Position numbers and translations under genes: made by a program | Shown here: one piece after another, positions 21,588 to 33,197 of the stretch | Layout: each line of letters starts with the position of its first letter | Position numbering within the stretch: position 1 is the first letter of the stretch | Notes under the pieces: model-generated | Seen by the model: only the letters and a program-made list of their open reading frames with translations | The model's database searches: none | Told to the model about the DNA's origin: nothing | DNA from: a virus | Strand: one strand, 5' to 3' | Length of the DNA stretch: 64,000 nucleotides | IMG/VR virus record: IMGVR_UViG_3300042314_001189 | Span: 64,001 to 128,000 of that record

Positions 21588-22274
21588 ATGTCAAACATAC
21601 AAAAAACACTTGATTCTTTACAACCATATGTCATTGGTATACGTTATGTTGAAGGTACACCAGTTGTTGATACTGTGTTCAAAGAAGGGTGGACACTTCA
21701 TGATGACCCTAGAATTGAGAAAGCTAAAGGTAGTGAAGAAATGAATTACTATATGCTATTTTCAAAGCTAGAAGGTATAGGTTTGGATGAATTATTGGCT
21801 TATGTTGATAAAACAATCAAACTAAATGTTGAACGTGAAAAAAAACATGACTTGTTAAAACAAAAGGTTAACGAACTTAAAGAAGTATTCAAGAAAAACA
21901 GTTTGGAAAAACTCAAAAGACTTAAATTCACATTTACGGAAGAAGACTTGGTACCAAAATTAAATGATTTTGATGTTGATATAGACATTGATGATGATTT
22001 AATGGAAGAACCTAAAATAGAGATACCTAAAGTAGAGGTAACTAAAAACGAATACGAAGAAGTATCGGTGGATGAATATGAAGAAGAACCCAAAAGCTTA
22101 ACACAAACAGCTAGTTACTTGGACGAAAACGGAAACCCAATAGAGATGACTGAAGAAGAACTGGAAATGATGGAAGAAGAAGCCAGAGCCAAGAAAAATA
22201 TGGAGTATTTAAAATCAAAGAAACAAACTCAAAATTTTAAAACTTCCAGTAAAGTAGAGTTACCACCTAGGTAA
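21588..22274 (+). CDS. Hypothetical acidic protein
   Basis: ORF track. Confidence 0.5.
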   Translation: MSNIQKTLDSLQPYVIGIRYVEGTPVVDTVFKEGWTLHDDPRIEKAKGSEEMNYYMLFSKLEGIGLDELLAYVDKTIKLNVEREKKHDLLKQKVNELKEVFKKNSLEKLKRLKFTFTEEDLVPKLNDFDVDIDIDDDLMEEPKIEIPKVEVTKNEYEEVSVDEYEEEPKSLTQTASYLDENGNPIEMTEEELEMMEEEARAKKNMEYLKSKKQTQNFKTSSKVELPPR

Positions 22275-22374
22275 TACTAAACCGATTGTGATTACGGATT
22301 AAAACAAAAAAAAACCCCATAATTGGGGTTTTTTTGTTTGTTAAAATACTGGTTAGATATGCACCATATAAGAC

Positions 22375-22761
22375 CTAAGCCTCTTTGTTAAAAGCTCTTT
22401 CAAGTGCTTCTTGTAGTGTATGGGTTAGCCAAACACCAGCAGCTGATAACAAACCATTAAAGAAAACAATTAAGTACATGTTTTTAACACCTAAGCTACC
22501 GATAGGGGTCAATTCGCCATAACCGAAATAAATCATAATAGCTGATACTGCAAACCCCATCCATGTACCTAAACACATAAAACAAGTAAATAACTTATGA
22601 AGACTGTAACCACCAGTCCCCATTTTAGAAAGAAGGTTTCTAAAACCTTCAAATACGGAACCGTAAATCATGTTGTTACATGCTCCGTAGCAAATAAGAA
22701 TAAAAATTAGTGTAATCATCGTTTTTATTTCAAATATAATGATTATACTCGATATAGTCAA
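22375..22761 (-). CDS. Membrane protein with CxxC (DUF1360-like)
   Basis: LFTCFMCLGTW between TM helices; true start is probably ATG near 22719. Confidence 0.5.
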   Translation of the reverse strand: MTISSIIIIFEIKTMITLIFILICYGACNNMIYGSVFEGFRNLLSKMGTGGYSLHKLFTCFMCLGTWMGFAVSAIMIYFGYGELTPIGSLGVKNMYLIVFFNGLLSAAGVWLTHTLQEALERAFNKEA

Positions 22762-22784
22762 TATTTATAAACAAATACTTTATA

Positions 22785-23339
22785 ATGAAAAGTTTGATAA
22801 AAAATTTACTTAGAGAAAATATAAATGATTTTACAATAACATGTGAAAATTGTGGTTGGCATTGGAAAGCATCTGAATCGGATAAATCTGACTTATATGT
22901 TTGCCATGAATGCGGTCACGACAACGAACCAGCGTATGACGATGAAAGACTCAACGAGTCTGAAGAAGAACAAAAAGTTGCTGGTGTGTTAATCAAGTGT
23001 TTAAAAACAAATCGTGTTTTATTGTTGTTGAGAAATGATAAACAACCCAAATGGGCCCTTATGTCTGGTGGTATGGAAGAGGGTGAACACCCAGTTGAAA
23101 CATTAAAAAGAGAAATAGGTGAAGAATTGAGTATTGATGCGTCAATCATTCAATTTGAATACGATAGGGTGGAACACATACCAGAAAAAAATAGAAATTT
23201 TTATTACTATAAAGGATTTACAATGTCAGAATTTAAGCCTATATTGGACCATGAAAACTTAAAATACGGTTGGTTTTCAAAGGATAAATTACCAACACCT
23301 TTATATAAAGGTTTGGCCGAAAAAATATCTAGAATATGA
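22785..23339 (+). CDS. NUDIX hydrolase with Zn ribbon
   Basis: GGMEEGEHPVETLKREIGEE Nudix box; CENC/CHEC; N-terminal LIKNLLRE leader. Confidence 0.85.
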   Translation: MKSLIKNLLRENINDFTITCENCGWHWKASESDKSDLYVCHECGHDNEPAYDDERLNESEEEQKVAGVLIKCLKTNRVLLLLRNDKQPKWALMSGGMEEGEHPVETLKREIGEELSIDASIIQFEYDRVEHIPEKNRNFYYYKGFTMSEFKPILDHENLKYGWFSKDKLPTPLYKGLAEKISRI

Positions 23340-23832
23340 ATGAAAAAATGGTAAATAGAGAGATTAAACAAGCTGAAAATGAAATCTTGCTAGAGAAATA
23401 CAAAACAGCTTTGAAGAAAACTCAACTAATCAACGAACTTAAATCTGGTTTGGGTAACGAAATAAAGAAAAACCCAGGGAAAGCCAAGATAATAAAAAAA
23501 CCATGGTATAAAAAAATCCTAGCTGGATTAAAAAAAATATTTACAAAGTTTTAATATGAACTACGATGATTTAATAAACACTATTTCCGAAATAGTAAAT
23601 AACGAAAAGATACACAAAAATGGGTTGTTCCTAACTTATGAATTAAACGATGTTATTCATAAAAGAATGAATGAGCAACTATTCTACAAATCAAACCCAC
23701 CAACAGCCCAATGTGTTTATACAGATGAATTTGAGGTTGAACTTGGTGGACTTTTAGTTAAGTTTACTAAAAAATTACCAGAATAATTTGGAAAACAAAT
23801 AAATTCTTTGTACCTTTGCCAAAAATAAAATT

Positions 23833-24444
23833 ATGGCTAAAGAAAAAAAGATATTAGAAGACTACGGTGACTATCAATTTGTCGCTGGGTTAGATGAGGT
23901 TGGAAGAGGTTGTGGCTCTGGCCCAGTAGTAACAGCAGCTGTTATAATGCCAAAAGGTTTTAAATCCCCTTTAATCAGAGATTCAAAAAAATTATCACCC
24001 ACTCAAAGAGCTGAAGCATACAAACTAATCATGGAAAATGCTATTAGCGTGTCATGTAACGCTGGGTCTGTTGACGATATAAATGAAATGGGAATAGACA
24101 AAGCAACATTTAAAACGATGTATAAATGTTTATCTGAATTAAACACAAAACCAGAACACATTTTGGTTGACGGAATATCATGGGAGACTTATACCGATGA
24201 AATAAATTACGACAAGCTTATAAGTATGGTACCTAAAGGTGATGATACCTATACATGTATAGCAGCTGCTGCAATCGTTGCCAAAGTAAGACGTGACGAA
24301 TACATGTGTAAATTACACTTAAAATATCCAAAATACAATTGGTGTTCAAACAAAGGATATTTAACACCAGACCATATCGCTGCTTTGAAAGAACATGGTG
24401 CGAATAAATACCATAGAAAATTATACGTAAGAAATTTTGTATAA
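23833..24444 (+). CDS. rnhB: Ribonuclease HII
   Basis: GLDEVGRG, DSKKL, LVDG, KGD, AAAAIVAKV.RD, NKGY. Confidence 0.95.
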   Translation: MAKEKKILEDYGDYQFVAGLDEVGRGCGSGPVVTAAVIMPKGFKSPLIRDSKKLSPTQRAEAYKLIMENAISVSCNAGSVDDINEMGIDKATFKTMYKCLSELNTKPEHILVDGISWETYTDEINYDKLISMVPKGDDTYTCIAAAAIVAKVRRDEYMCKLHLKYPKYNWCSNKGYLTPDHIAALKEHGANKYHRKLYVRNFV

Positions 24445-25312
24445 CAAATTATTTTAACATATGAAAAATATAAAAAACAAAGAAGAATACGATAGAATTT
24501 CTGAATTAAGAAATAGTGTATATAATTCGGAAGATATGATAGATGGTGAATATACTATTGGTATGTATGGTGATAAATACGAAGAAATTGATAAATTACA
24601 TACTAAGGTATTAGAAATTCTAAGGGAGTATGATAAACTACTTAAAAACACTCTAAAATAATTTTTTCTGTGTATAACAAATGATAAAAAAATATAGAAT
24701 ATGATTAAAAAGAACGAAAGATTTTCTTTTAAGGAAATGGAACACATTGCTGTTGAATTTGCAATAAGTTGTGTGAAAGGGTATAAGGGTAGTTTTGAAG
24801 ATTATATGTTAACGGTGCGTAAAGATTGGAGAGTTATTCTAAAGACAGTATCCAAGCAAGAAACTAATATTAAAGATTATCATAGAATGATTACAACACC
24901 TTACTTTTTATGTAGGGATTTAAAAATATCAAAAAGTAATATCAGAGATAGTGATTGCAATTGTGGGCAACCTAGTTGTAGTTTATGTGGTTAAATAATT
25001 CAAAACAAAGTAAATGGGAAGAAACACAGCGTGGGGTAATAAAGCTTATAAAGAAGTAAGACAAAATGGTGGTTCAAAAGATGAAGCTAGAGAAGCTTCC
25101 AACAGAGCAACCGAATTATATCACCAACAAACAAGAGAAAGACAATTTGGCAAATGTGGTTCTTACGACAATGATGTTAGCGACTTTAACAATAGTTTAA
25201 ATGATGGTTCTTGGCATACATCAGACGATTTATAAAAAAAATTAAATTTTTTTCGTTTTAAATTTGGAAGTTTAAAAAATTATTCTTACCTTTGTATTGT
25301 TAAATTAAAGAT

Positions 25313-25810
25313 ATGAAAAAAATACTAATGATTATCGGTCTTGCTGTTTTAATAGTGTCATGTGAAAAAGAACCGATTACACCTGGGAATTATGGTGCTG
25401 GAACACCAACACCACCAGATACAACAACATGGCAATGGCAATACGGAAATGGCGGTACATTACCTAACTGGGGAAGCGGTACTCAAACAAACGAATTGGT
25501 TGGAACCGTTTGGGTTTTAACAAAAGTTGTAAATGGTTTTGCCACATCTTATCCAAACGATACGATTAAGTTTGTTAACAATACAAATTACACATTAAAT
25601 AATGGTGCTGTTAGACCATACCAATTAACGGCTGGGGTTGCATCAACAAACAAAACTTTAAGCTTATATTATTTTGCACCTTTTGGTGGTAGTCATTATA
25701 GTGGGGAAGTTGGACCGTATTTTGTTACTGATGGCGTGATTAATAGTTGCGAATTTACAAATATACAAAATACGACAAGCACTGTAAAAGCTTGGTTTAC
25801 AAAGATTTAA
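25313..25810 (+). CDS. Lipoprotein
   Basis: Signal peptide with LIVS-C lipobox. Confidence 0.7.
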   Translation: MKKILMIIGLAVLIVSCEKEPITPGNYGAGTPTPPDTTTWQWQYGNGGTLPNWGSGTQTNELVGTVWVLTKVVNGFATSYPNDTIKFVNNTNYTLNNGAVRPYQLTAGVASTNKTLSLYYFAPFGGSHYSGEVGPYFVTDGVINSCEFTNIQNTTSTVKAWFTKI

Positions 25811-25914
25811 AAATTATTTTAAAAAATAAAACAAAAAAGTTTAAAAAAAAGTTGACACGGGCGAAAAAAGTTCGTAACTTTGCATCACTTAATTATTAAT
25901 ATAAAAAAATTACT

Positions 25915-27354
25915 ATGAGCACATTATTGAAAGCAATGCAAACAAATGATTCGTTAACTGAAAACGGTATGGCGACTAACTCATCATCATTAAACCACTG
26001 TGTAGACTTGTTCTTCCAAATTGGTGCGATGAGAGGGCAAGACAAACAACGTTTGATTAACGCTTTTACCAAAGCGTTTGCTGAGAACCCTTTAAACGCA
26101 ATGCGTTTATTGTTTTGGGCTCGTGACGTTAGAGGCGGTGCTGGTGAAAGACAAATCTTTAGAGATATTGTTGAGTACTTGGCTAAAAACCGTACTGAAA
26201 CGTTAGGTAAAAACTTGCATTTGATTAGCGAGTATGGACGTTGGGATGATGTATTGGCTTTGGTTGGTACACCATTAGAAACACAAGCGTTGGACTTAGT
26301 TTCTTCTGCGTTAAACAGAAAAGACGGTTTATGTGCTAAGTGGATGCCACGTCCAAACGTTACAAATCGTGAGAAAAAAAGATGGGCTAGTGCTGTTAGA
26401 AAGCACATGGGGTTAACACCAAAAGAATACCGTAAATTGTTAGCTGAAAACTCTAACACTGTTGAGAAATTGATGTGTGCTAAAGAATTCACTAAAATTG
26501 ATTACTCTAAATTGCCGTCAAAAGCGATGAGTGACCTTATGAAGGCGTTTTCTAGAAATGACTTAGAAAGATTCCAAGCTTACTTGGCATCTTTAGAAAA
26601 AGGTGAGGTAAAAATCAATGCTGGTGCGGTATACCCATATGACATCGTTAAAAACTTGAAACATGGTAGTGCAAGAGGTGCTAACGCACAATGGACTGCG
26701 TTGCCAAACTACATGGAAGGAAACAACGAGTTTGTTTTACCAGTAGTTGACGTTTCTGGTTCAATGTCATGCCCAGCTGGTGGTAACCCTAACGTTACTT
26801 GTATGGATGTAGCAATCTCTTTGGGGTTATACATCTCTGAAAGAAACGTTGGACCTTTCCAAGATGCGTTTGTTACTTTCTCTGAAAGTCCAAAACTTCA
26901 AATCCTTAAAGGTTCTTTAGAAGAAAGATATAATCAACTTCAAAGAGCTGATTGGGATATGTCGACTAACTTGGAAGCTGTATTTAAGTTAATTCTTAAA
27001 AAAGCTAAAGAGTCAAACGTGCCACAAAGCGAAATGCCGACAATGGTTCTTGTGTTGTCTGATATGGAATTCAATTCTGCTGTAAGAGGTAGAAGCTGGA
27101 ACCCAACAGCGCAACAAATGATTGAATCAATGTACGCTGAGGCTGGATATAAAACTCCGAAAGTAGTTTATTGGAATATCCAATCTAGAGGTGACAATAA
27201 CAAACCAGTACACTTTGATACAAATGGTACTGCGTTAGTATCGGGGTTCTCCCCAGCTTTATTGACTAACTTGTTAGCTGGTAAAGATATGACTCCAATG
27301 TCTATGATGTTGAGTGTTATTGACTCTGAGCGTTACTCACCAGTAACAATCTAA
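25915..27354 (+). CDS. DUF2828 / TROVE(Ro60)-like protein with C-terminal vWA domain
   Basis: TENG..., RDVRGGAGER, YGRWDD, AKWMPR, DVSGSM (MIDAS), LSDMEF, VYWN, ALVSGFS. Confidence 0.85.
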   Translation: MSTLLKAMQTNDSLTENGMATNSSSLNHCVDLFFQIGAMRGQDKQRLINAFTKAFAENPLNAMRLLFWARDVRGGAGERQIFRDIVEYLAKNRTETLGKNLHLISEYGRWDDVLALVGTPLETQALDLVSSALNRKDGLCAKWMPRPNVTNREKKRWASAVRKHMGLTPKEYRKLLAENSNTVEKLMCAKEFTKIDYSKLPSKAMSDLMKAFSRNDLERFQAYLASLEKGEVKINAGAVYPYDIVKNLKHGSARGANAQWTALPNYMEGNNEFVLPVVDVSGSMSCPAGGNPNVTCMDVAISLGLYISERNVGPFQDAFVTFSESPKLQILKGSLEERYNQLQRADWDMSTNLEAVFKLILKKAKESNVPQSEMPTMVLVLSDMEFNSAVRGRSWNPTAQQMIESMYAEAGYKTPKVVYWNIQSRGDNNKPVHFDTNGTALVSGFSPALLTNLLAGKDMTPMSMMLSVIDSERYSPVTI

Positions 27355-27389
27355 GAAACTGGGCTGTAATAGGCCCAGCTTTCTTCAAG

Positions 27390-27574
27390 TGTTTGTATAG
27401 AAAGATATTTTCAGCAATCTAAAAAAACTATACAATTATGATTCAGAACAAGTTGAAAACTAAAACCCTATGGGCTGTTTTTGACAAACGTAGGTGCCAA
27501 GACCTCTTTTTAAAATTGGCAACTTCTTTCATAGAGTTTAGAAGTTAAACTACTCCCGTATCTTGATGCAAACA
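27390..27574 (+). ncRNA. TTCAGCAA-motif structured RNA, copy 1
   Basis: TGTTTGTAT/ATGCAAACA outer stem, AGA/G internal loop, AAGATA/TATCTT stem, TTCAGCAA...AAACTA; terminator follows at 27578-27607. Confidence 0.65.
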
Positions 27575-27965
27575 TTAAAAAAAAGGTCCTTTTAAAGGGC
27601 CTTTTTTAGTTTATGCTATTTACACTATGAAAAAAAATCGATATTGTTGTTTATTATTTTAAAGATAACATTATATTTAGAGATAGCGAATGAAAAGAAT
27701 AGTTGTAAAAGAAATTGACAAGTTAAAAAGCACCATGTATGGTGACAAAGTTATAAGTGAATACTTAATTTATTTAATTTTGAACCAAGGTGGTGGAGAC
27801 ATAACCTTAAATGGTTTCACCGAATATGGTGAAAAAAATAAAGATGCTAGAGTTGATGAACTTATTGTCGAACACTTCGTAAACAATGAAACACTTGCTA
27901 AAATAAATAAAAAAGAAATCATCCAAGAAGTAACGTTTTTGGAACATTTAAAAAATTAATTAAAA

Positions 27966-28361
27966 ATGAAAGAAAGTTACCCACTAATCATAGTGTTCTA
28001 TTTGGACGCTGATATGATGAAAGTCAAAGAAATCATCCAACCATTTGCTGATTCAGTAAATACTATGTTGGCACACAAAAATGCAAACGCTATGGCGTTC
28101 TTTATCCCAACAAAAGGTGAAGAAAGAGTTGAATGTATCAACCCATCAATAATCGCTGAAGCTGACATGGCCAAGATAAATGAAATGGTAGAAGATATTA
28201 GAAAAAGTTTTGCTATTGGTGAAGATATCGATGTTTCAGATGAAGAAATTGATATGACCGAAGAAGAAATGATTGATGAGCTAACAAAAATAGCTGAACA
28301 ATTAAACACCAAACCATGCGATTGTGGTAATAACCCAGATGGTAAATGTAAATGCGATTAA
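27966..28361 (+). CDS. Hypothetical protein with Cys-rich tail
   Basis: ORF track. Confidence 0.5.
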   Translation: MKESYPLIIVFYLDADMMKVKEIIQPFADSVNTMLAHKNANAMAFFIPTKGEERVECINPSIIAEADMAKINEMVEDIRKSFAIGEDIDVSDEEIDMTEEEMIDELTKIAEQLNTKPCDCGNNPDGKCKCD

Positions 28362-28553
28362 TATGACACAACAAGAAAAAGCTTATTTATATGATGAATA
28401 CATTAGAGAAAGCGATAAACTACAAAGAGAAAACTCTAAAATAAAATCAGAGTACGTTACAAACATACCACCACATCTTCAAGCAGTGATTGATAAAAAC
28501 AACGCTAGGATTGCAACACTAGTTGTTAATTTAGAAAATTTATTTAGATAAAA

Positions 28554-29210
28554 TCAAGGTCTAGTACTAGTCCTTCTTATTTTAGTATAACGCCAGCCCG
28601 TTTCTTCGTGTATTATATCATACATTCGACCAACGGTTGCTGGCGTTGCTGTACCCATAAACATAAGACTTTTAATTTTTTGTTTTTTAGCTATTTTGGC
28701 TAGTGTGTGGTGTAAACGTTGAGCATCTTCTAAATTTTTACAAATAACCATATCAAATTGGTCTTCGTTATAAATTATTAGTTTATTATGGACTACAATT
28801 ATTTGTTTGACCATTTTTTTGGAATGAGCACCAATCATTAATTTTTTAACAACTTCTTTTATTGTAGGTCTTTCTGATTTTTTGTCTAAACCATAAACCC
28901 AAAAAGTTTCTTCTATTTGATATTCGTCTGAAGTCAATATAGTCCAATCACCCAAAGCTTTTTCGGTATATAGTTTACCATAATCATCTCTAAGTACTCT
29001 AAATGTATCGTCTTTTTCGGTTACCTTAGTAACACATATTTCATATTTTACTGGTTTTAAACCATTGGCGTTTAAGAATCTCTTAGGGTATAAAACGTTA
29101 TTTTCCTCTCTTAACTTATGGTAGTTAAGAAAGGCAGTTTCTTTGGTTTTACTCTTATGAAGTGTTTTTTTGTATTTACCGTTTGATGTTAAAATCACCC
29201 TATATGTCAT
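28554..29210 (-). CDS. Hypothetical basic protein
   Basis: 218-aa ORF on the minus strand. Confidence 0.55.
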   Translation of the reverse strand: MTYRVILTSNGKYKKTLHKSKTKETAFLNYHKLREENNVLYPKRFLNANGLKPVKYEICVTKVTEKDDTFRVLRDDYGKLYTEKALGDWTILTSDEYQIEETFWVYGLDKKSERPTIKEVVKKLMIGAHSKKMVKQIIVVHNKLIIYNEDQFDMVICKNLEDAQRLHHTLAKIAKKQKIKSLMFMGTATPATVGRMYDIIHEETGWRYTKIRRTSTRP

Positions 29211-29267
29211 GAAAAGTTGTTTTTTATTATAAAAATATGTATATTTGCAAAAAAATAAAGGTTTATA

Positions 29268-30293
29268 ATGAGCAAAAGAGATTATTACGAAGTCTTAGGA
29301 CTTAAAAAAGGTGCTTCGGCTGATGAAATAAAAAAGTCTTATCGCAAATTAGCTAAAGAACACCATCCAGATAAAGGTGGTGATGAAAATATCTTTAAAG
29401 ATATTTCAGAAGCCTACGAAACACTATCTGACAGTGATAAAAAAGCCAACTACGATAGATTTGGTCACTCTAACCAACGACAAGGGAACCCATTTGGTGG
29501 TTCTAGAAACCCTTTTTCAACTGGTTTTGATAATGAACCAAACATTAGAGTTGGTCCAAACATGTCTTTGTTATTAAAATTGACGCTTGAAGAGATTTAC
29601 ACTGGTGTTAAGAAAACATATAAATACACTAGAGGTGTTAGTTGTACTGGATGCCATGGGCATGGTGGTGAAGACACGCATGATTGTCCATCATGTGGTG
29701 GTTCTGGTTACGTAATTCAAATCATGAATACACCAATCGGTCAAATCCAACAAAGAATGCGTTGCCATGTTTGTCAAACAACTGGTAAACGATATACCAA
29801 ACAATGCAAAAAGTGCAACGGTAGTGGTTTAACAAATGTAACTGAAACTATTGAGGTTGACGTACCACCAGGTGTCGTTGAAGGTATGACTTTCGTTATG
29901 GAAGGCAAAGGTAATGGAATAAAATCTGGTAATGAAGGTGATTTACATATAAAAATAATGGAATTACCACACAAAGTTTATACTAGGTCTGGTGCTGATT
30001 TAAAAATGAATTTAAAACTATCTTACCCACAATTAATCTTAGGTGATAAGGTTGAAATTGATACGATAGAAGGTGGTAAGATAAGGATAAACATACCAGA
30101 ATATAGTGATGTTGGTAATAACCTTAGAATACCGTTCAAAGGTGTTAAAGTGTATGGTAAAGAAGGTAGGGGTGATGTTCTTGTTACTTTAGGTGTTGAT
30201 ATACCTAAAAAAGTTGATGATGATACCAAGTCTTTAATTATAGATTTGAAAGAAAAATTAAATAAAAATGTTGCATCACAAGAAATGAATTAG
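29268..30293 (+). CDS. dnaJ: Chaperone DnaJ
   Basis: DYYEVLG, HPD motif, CxxCxGxG repeats. Confidence 0.95.
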   Translation: MSKRDYYEVLGLKKGASADEIKKSYRKLAKEHHPDKGGDENIFKDISEAYETLSDSDKKANYDRFGHSNQRQGNPFGGSRNPFSTGFDNEPNIRVGPNMSLLLKLTLEEIYTGVKKTYKYTRGVSCTGCHGHGGEDTHDCPSCGGSGYVIQIMNTPIGQIQQRMRCHVCQTTGKRYTKQCKKCNGSGLTNVTETIEVDVPPGVVEGMTFVMEGKGNGIKSGNEGDLHIKIMELPHKVYTRSGADLKMNLKLSYPQLILGDKVEIDTIEGGKIRINIPEYSDVGNNLRIPFKGVKVYGKEGRGDVLVTLGVDIPKKVDDDTKSLIIDLKEKLNKNVASQEMN

Positions 30294-30336
30294 TATATTT
30301 GTAAAAATAAAAATAACATAAAAACAAAAATCTATT

Positions 30337-30789
30337 ATGGCAAAGTACGAAGAACCATTTGAAGACACACAAGACTTGTATAACGAGGTTATCCAAGCGG
30401 CTGGGTTAGACCAGTTCATTAATATTACTGTTTTGGTTAACACTAAAGCTAAAGACCTATTTAAGGTTAACAAAGCTAACGAATTGTTGAAATACAGAAC
30501 TGGTGATGATATCATTATTGTTTTGAATGAGAAAATTTTCGAACAATTAACACCAGAACAAAGAAGAATCGTTGTTGAAGAATCATTGGCTGGTATTCAT
30601 TACGATACTGAAAACGATAAATTGGTTATCACAAAAGCTGACGTTGTTACGTTTAGTGGTATCCTATCTAAATATTCGTTTGATGTTTGGAATGTATTAC
30701 AAGAGTCTGTTAAAACTCTTTACAATGCTGAAAAACAAGCCGAGGACGAAGCTGCTTCAGCAACTAGTAAAAAAGCAAAAGCATATTAA
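30337..30789 (+). CDS. Hypothetical protein (phage metallopeptidase-like, degenerate)
   Basis: DDIIIVLNE...LTPEQRRIVVEESL...ADV pattern. Confidence 0.35.
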   Translation: MAKYEEPFEDTQDLYNEVIQAAGLDQFINITVLVNTKAKDLFKVNKANELLKYRTGDDIIIVLNEKIFEQLTPEQRRIVVEESLAGIHYDTENDKLVITKADVVTFSGILSKYSFDVWNVLQESVKTLYNAEKQAEDEAASATSKKAKAY

Positions 30790-31351
30790 TGACTAGAGAA
30801 GATGCTGAAGAATTATTGGCTGATTCAAACCCAGAGGCGTTATTCCTCGATGGGTTTGATGATGCGATAATAGGTTTAGCCGAAAGACCTAATTTGGGTC
30901 CAATAGTGGCTTATAACGAAGAAAAAATCATCGAGATATTAACAGAACAAATGGAAGTTGATGCTGATGATTTAGACGATAGAGATTCTGAAGAGATTAA
31001 ATTAGAGATGGCTTTGGAATACTATTATTATAACGTAAAAGGTGCTTGGGTTGGTGAAAACACACCCATTATCATAACAACAAATTTTTATTAAAATGAA
31101 CAAACCATTAAAACAAATGTTAAAAGCAACGTTGGAAGCTCAAAGGCAAAAAGCGTTGACAACCCTTCAATTATTGGCACACCATTCAGTTGGTATTGGT
31201 GACCATTCAACTGAGGATTATTATAAAAACGCAGAAGAAGCACTTGCTGCTTTAACAGACGCTGATGATAAATTGGAAACACTTGACAGATATCAATTTT
31301 CAATGGAATCTGGTGAGTATGTAATAATAAAAGACGGAAGAAGACAATAAT

Positions 31352-32077
31352 ATGAACTTAACAAACGAATTTAAAGATTATGCTATTAAGCATATGGGTG
31401 TTTCCTCGGTAGAATTCTATCAATGGGAACAAATGCAAGATAAACTTTATGGTTCACAAGCATCACTTATGGTGCCATCGGCATCACTAACACCATACAT
31501 CTTAGAAGAAAGAGAAATGCGTGTAACACAAATGGATATTTTTTCTAGATTGATGATGGATAGAATTATCTGGTTAGCTGGTCCAGTTAACGACAGAATG
31601 AGTACGGTTGTACAAGCTCAGCTTATGTTCTTGGATAACTTGGAACAAAAAGATATCACGTTACATGTTGACTCGCCTGGTGGGTCGGTTAAATCTGGGT
31701 TATCAATTGTTGACGTTATGGATTACATTTCTTCAGATTGTATCACAATCAACACTGGTATGGCTGCAAGTATGGGTAGTATCTTGTTGGGTGCTGGTAC
31801 AAAAGGGAAAAGATATAGTTTACGTTTCAGTAGAGTTATGTTACACCAAGTTTCAACTGGAGCACAAGGTAACATCCAAGACATCAGACGTTCAATTGCT
31901 GAAGGTGAAAAATACAATGAATTGTTATTTGGTTTGTTAGGTGAATACACTGACAAAGACCCAAAACAAGTTATGGAAGATGCGTCACGTGATTTGTGGT
32001 TAAATTCTGATGAAGCATTGGCGTATGGTATTGTTGACCATATTATTACAAATAAAACAACAAAAAATAAAAAATAA
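31352..32077 (+). CDS. clpP: ATP-dependent Clp protease proteolytic subunit
   Basis: DIFSRLMMDRII, SPGGSV, AASMG, MLHQ, RDLWL. Confidence 0.95.
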   Translation: MNLTNEFKDYAIKHMGVSSVEFYQWEQMQDKLYGSQASLMVPSASLTPYILEEREMRVTQMDIFSRLMMDRIIWLAGPVNDRMSTVVQAQLMFLDNLEQKDITLHVDSPGGSVKSGLSIVDVMDYISSDCITINTGMAASMGSILLGAGTKGKRYSLRFSRVMLHQVSTGAQGNIQDIRRSIAEGEKYNELLFGLLGEYTDKDPKQVMEDASRDLWLNSDEALAYGIVDHIITNKTTKNKK

Positions 32078-32193
32078 TTACAAAAAAACTTGCATTTTAT
32101 AAAAAATGTTAGTACCTTTGTAATAAGAAAATAAATAAGTGGGTTTTTTAACCGAAACCCACATATTTATAACTTACAAGTTCTTTAATTTAT

Positions 32194-32544
32194 GGGGATA
32201 CCACGGTATTGACTGGATATAGTCGTAGGTAGTAAGCATGTAGTGCTAAATTGGAAGCACTTTAATCTGTCTATTAAAACAAGAATTGACAACGATTTCA
32301 TCGTATCAGAAAATTTCCTTGACGAAGCTGTAATGGTTTCTAACGGAGAGGTAGCATTAGCCTAATTATTGCAAATGGTGGTAAACCACCGATGATAGTA
32401 ACCTATCAATGGTAGTAATCTACTAGTGGGGCCAAAACCACTATAAAAGTAAGGAAGATTTCGGATAGTTAGAAAACTATGTCCTAAACATGTAGAAAGC
32501 ATTGAAGAATATTCAACACAGGGGTTCGATTCCCCTTATCTCCA
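32194..32544 (+). ncRNA. ssrA: tmRNA (tag ORF 32288-32365, DNDFIVSENFLDEAVMVSNGEVALA)
   Basis: GGGGATA/TATCTCC-A acceptor with G3:U wobble, GGTATTGAC 5' motif, GGGG-TTCGATT-CCCC T arm, tag ending in ALA; terminator at 32592-32625. Confidence 0.9.
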
Positions 32545-32719
32545 CTCGTTTTTAGATTCTACTCAATAATCACCTATGAGATAGAAATTATAACCCTTAG
32601 TAAGTCGCTTTACTAAGGGTTTTTTGTTTTGTATGATATTTATAGTAATTCTTAAAAACAAACTATAAAAAAAAAAGGACTCACACTGAATCCTTTTTAA
32701 TTTTTAATCGCCACACACA

Positions 32720-32785
32720 TTATTTGCTTGGTGGTGGTGGTGGTGGTGTTGTTGTACCTTTTGGTTTTCCGCATCCGCATCCCAT
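32720..32785 (-). CDS. 21-aa micro-protein MGCGCGKPKGTTTPPPPPPSK
   Basis: Own ATG and TAA; minus-strand TATTTATA about 35 nt upstream; hairpin with T run downstream. Confidence 0.5.
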   Translation of the reverse strand: MGCGCGKPKGTTTPPPPPPSK

Positions 32786-33122
32786 GGCTTTAAGTTTTAT
32801 TTTTATTGTTATTTATTTATAAATACTTGATTAAGTAAAAAATTAACCTTATATTTGATTATGTTTAAAACAAAATATAATACCACTTTATTGGATAGTA
32901 AATGGAACCCAATAAAAAGAAACGTTATTCTTGAAGTTTTACCTAGAAAAGATGAATTTATCTATTACGGTGAAACGTATTATCGTGTCATAAGTCTGGT
33001 ACATAAATTAGAAAAAAAACACGATATATTTATTGTTGTTGAAGATTTCAAAGAACAAGAGGCATCCAAACTATCTGAAAATCAAGTAAATAAAAAATAA
33101 TTTTAAAATTTTTTACATTTTA

Positions 33123-33155
33123 CTTGACAAAAGGTAAAAAAATTAGTACCTTTGC
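33123..33155 (+). promoter_or_regulatory. Bacteroidota-type promoter of the ncRNA array
   Basis: CTTGACA ... TACCTTTG (TAnnTTTG -7 element). Confidence 0.7.
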
Positions 33156-33197
33156 ATATATTTATTTAAACAAGTTCTTTAATTTATTATAAAAATA

